In this document: positions 63,320-64,000 of the stretch, in pieces
Position numbering within the stretch: the first letter of the stretch is position 1
Layout: each line of letters opens with the position of its first letter
Source: Camelus dromedarius
Lineage: Eukaryota
Assembly: GCF_036321535.1 (NCBI RefSeq)
Contig: NC_087436.1
Location: forward strand, 113,152,001 to 113,216,000
DNA: 64,000 nt
Reading direction: 5' to 3'
Translations under genes and position numbers: made by a program
The notes under the pieces: model-generated
The model's input: the letters and a program-made list of their open reading frames with translations, nothing else
Databases searched by the model: none
What the model was told of the DNA's origin: nothing

Positions 63320-63910
63320 AGCAGGGAGGATGGAGGGAAATATTCTCAATTAGTGGTTCATTTACTTATTTAGGGAAGAAATTGTGTCCTAAAGTTTTTG
63401 CTATGCATTCATTCTCCTCTTCAGGTATCAATGCCTCTTGTTTTGGGAAATCACTCTTCCCCACTCCATGATCTGGGTGACCTGCCCTCTACTCAGAGAT
63501 GCTAATTCATGCTGGCCCATCAGTGTACCACATTTCCCTAGCCACAGTGTTTGGTGCAGAGATGGACGTATGAGCCAAGCAGGGCCAATCAGGATCTATA
63601 CTGGGATTTTTGTATGGGCAATGCCACTAGCATTAGTAAATTGTGAGGTTGTGAGTCCAGAGGTCTGTGTGATCATCTTATCAACCATGGAAAGAGACCT
63701 TGTATAGGAATGAAGCCAAAAAGAGGCAAGTAGAGCTGAATGATGGAGACAAGGCACAGCCTTGATCAGCTTTCTTCAGTACTGACTTTGTCAACCAAGA
63801 CTGGCTTTAAGCCATCCAGAGAACCCACCCTTGAGACCCATACAAAATCAACTCCCCCTTCTAATAACATGGTTTGAGTTAGGTTTCTGTCACTTGCAAT
63901 TAAAAGAGGC
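63320..63910 (+). mobile_element. MaLR LTR (MLT1K/L-like)
   Basis: 'gccacagtgtttggtgcagagatggacgtatgagccaagcagggccaatcagg', 'gtttgagttaggtttctgtcacttgcaa'. Confidence 0.75.
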
Positions 63911-64000
63911 ATGCCTCAAAACATTTATTATGTGCCAGGCAAATGGCTAGACACCTTTATCTCTGCACATCTCTTAATCCTCAGAGCATCCATCAGCACG

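Noticed and set aside
1..64000. Apparent abundance of AP-1 heptamers (about 15 seen by eye)
   Set aside because: Roughly 8 are expected from base composition alone and CpG decay inflates TG/CA; not convincing without a proper background model
1..64000. CRISPR arrays, operons, prokaryotic or viral coding systems, intact retroelement ORFs
   Set aside because: None seen: no regularly spaced repeats, no long ORFs, and all mobile elements are truncated or non-autonomous

Overview
Mammalian genomic DNA, most likely camelid (alpaca/llama/camel), judged from two camelid-type tRNA-derived SINEs and cetartiodactyl-type L1 3' ends. The window is AT-rich intronic/intergenic sequence. It is densely filled with old interspersed repeats (MIR, L2, CR1/L3, L1M, MaLR/ERVL LTRs, hAT and Tc1/mariner MITEs) plus a few young insertions with clear target-site duplications. 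I recognise no protein-coding exon: the listed ORFs fall in repeats, low-complexity sequence or CpG-rich DNA. The main non-repeat feature is a CpG-rich regulatory block at about 27.2-29.4 kb. It contains a probable minus-strand 5' exon ending in a strong splice donor at 29093/29092; I could not identify the gene. Smaller candidate regulatory elements lie near 8.0 kb, 44.2 kb, 59.0 kb and 62.1-62.6 kb. I found no evidence for a new biological system. Repeat family names come from my recall of consensus sequences, and boundaries are approximate unless a TSD is quoted.
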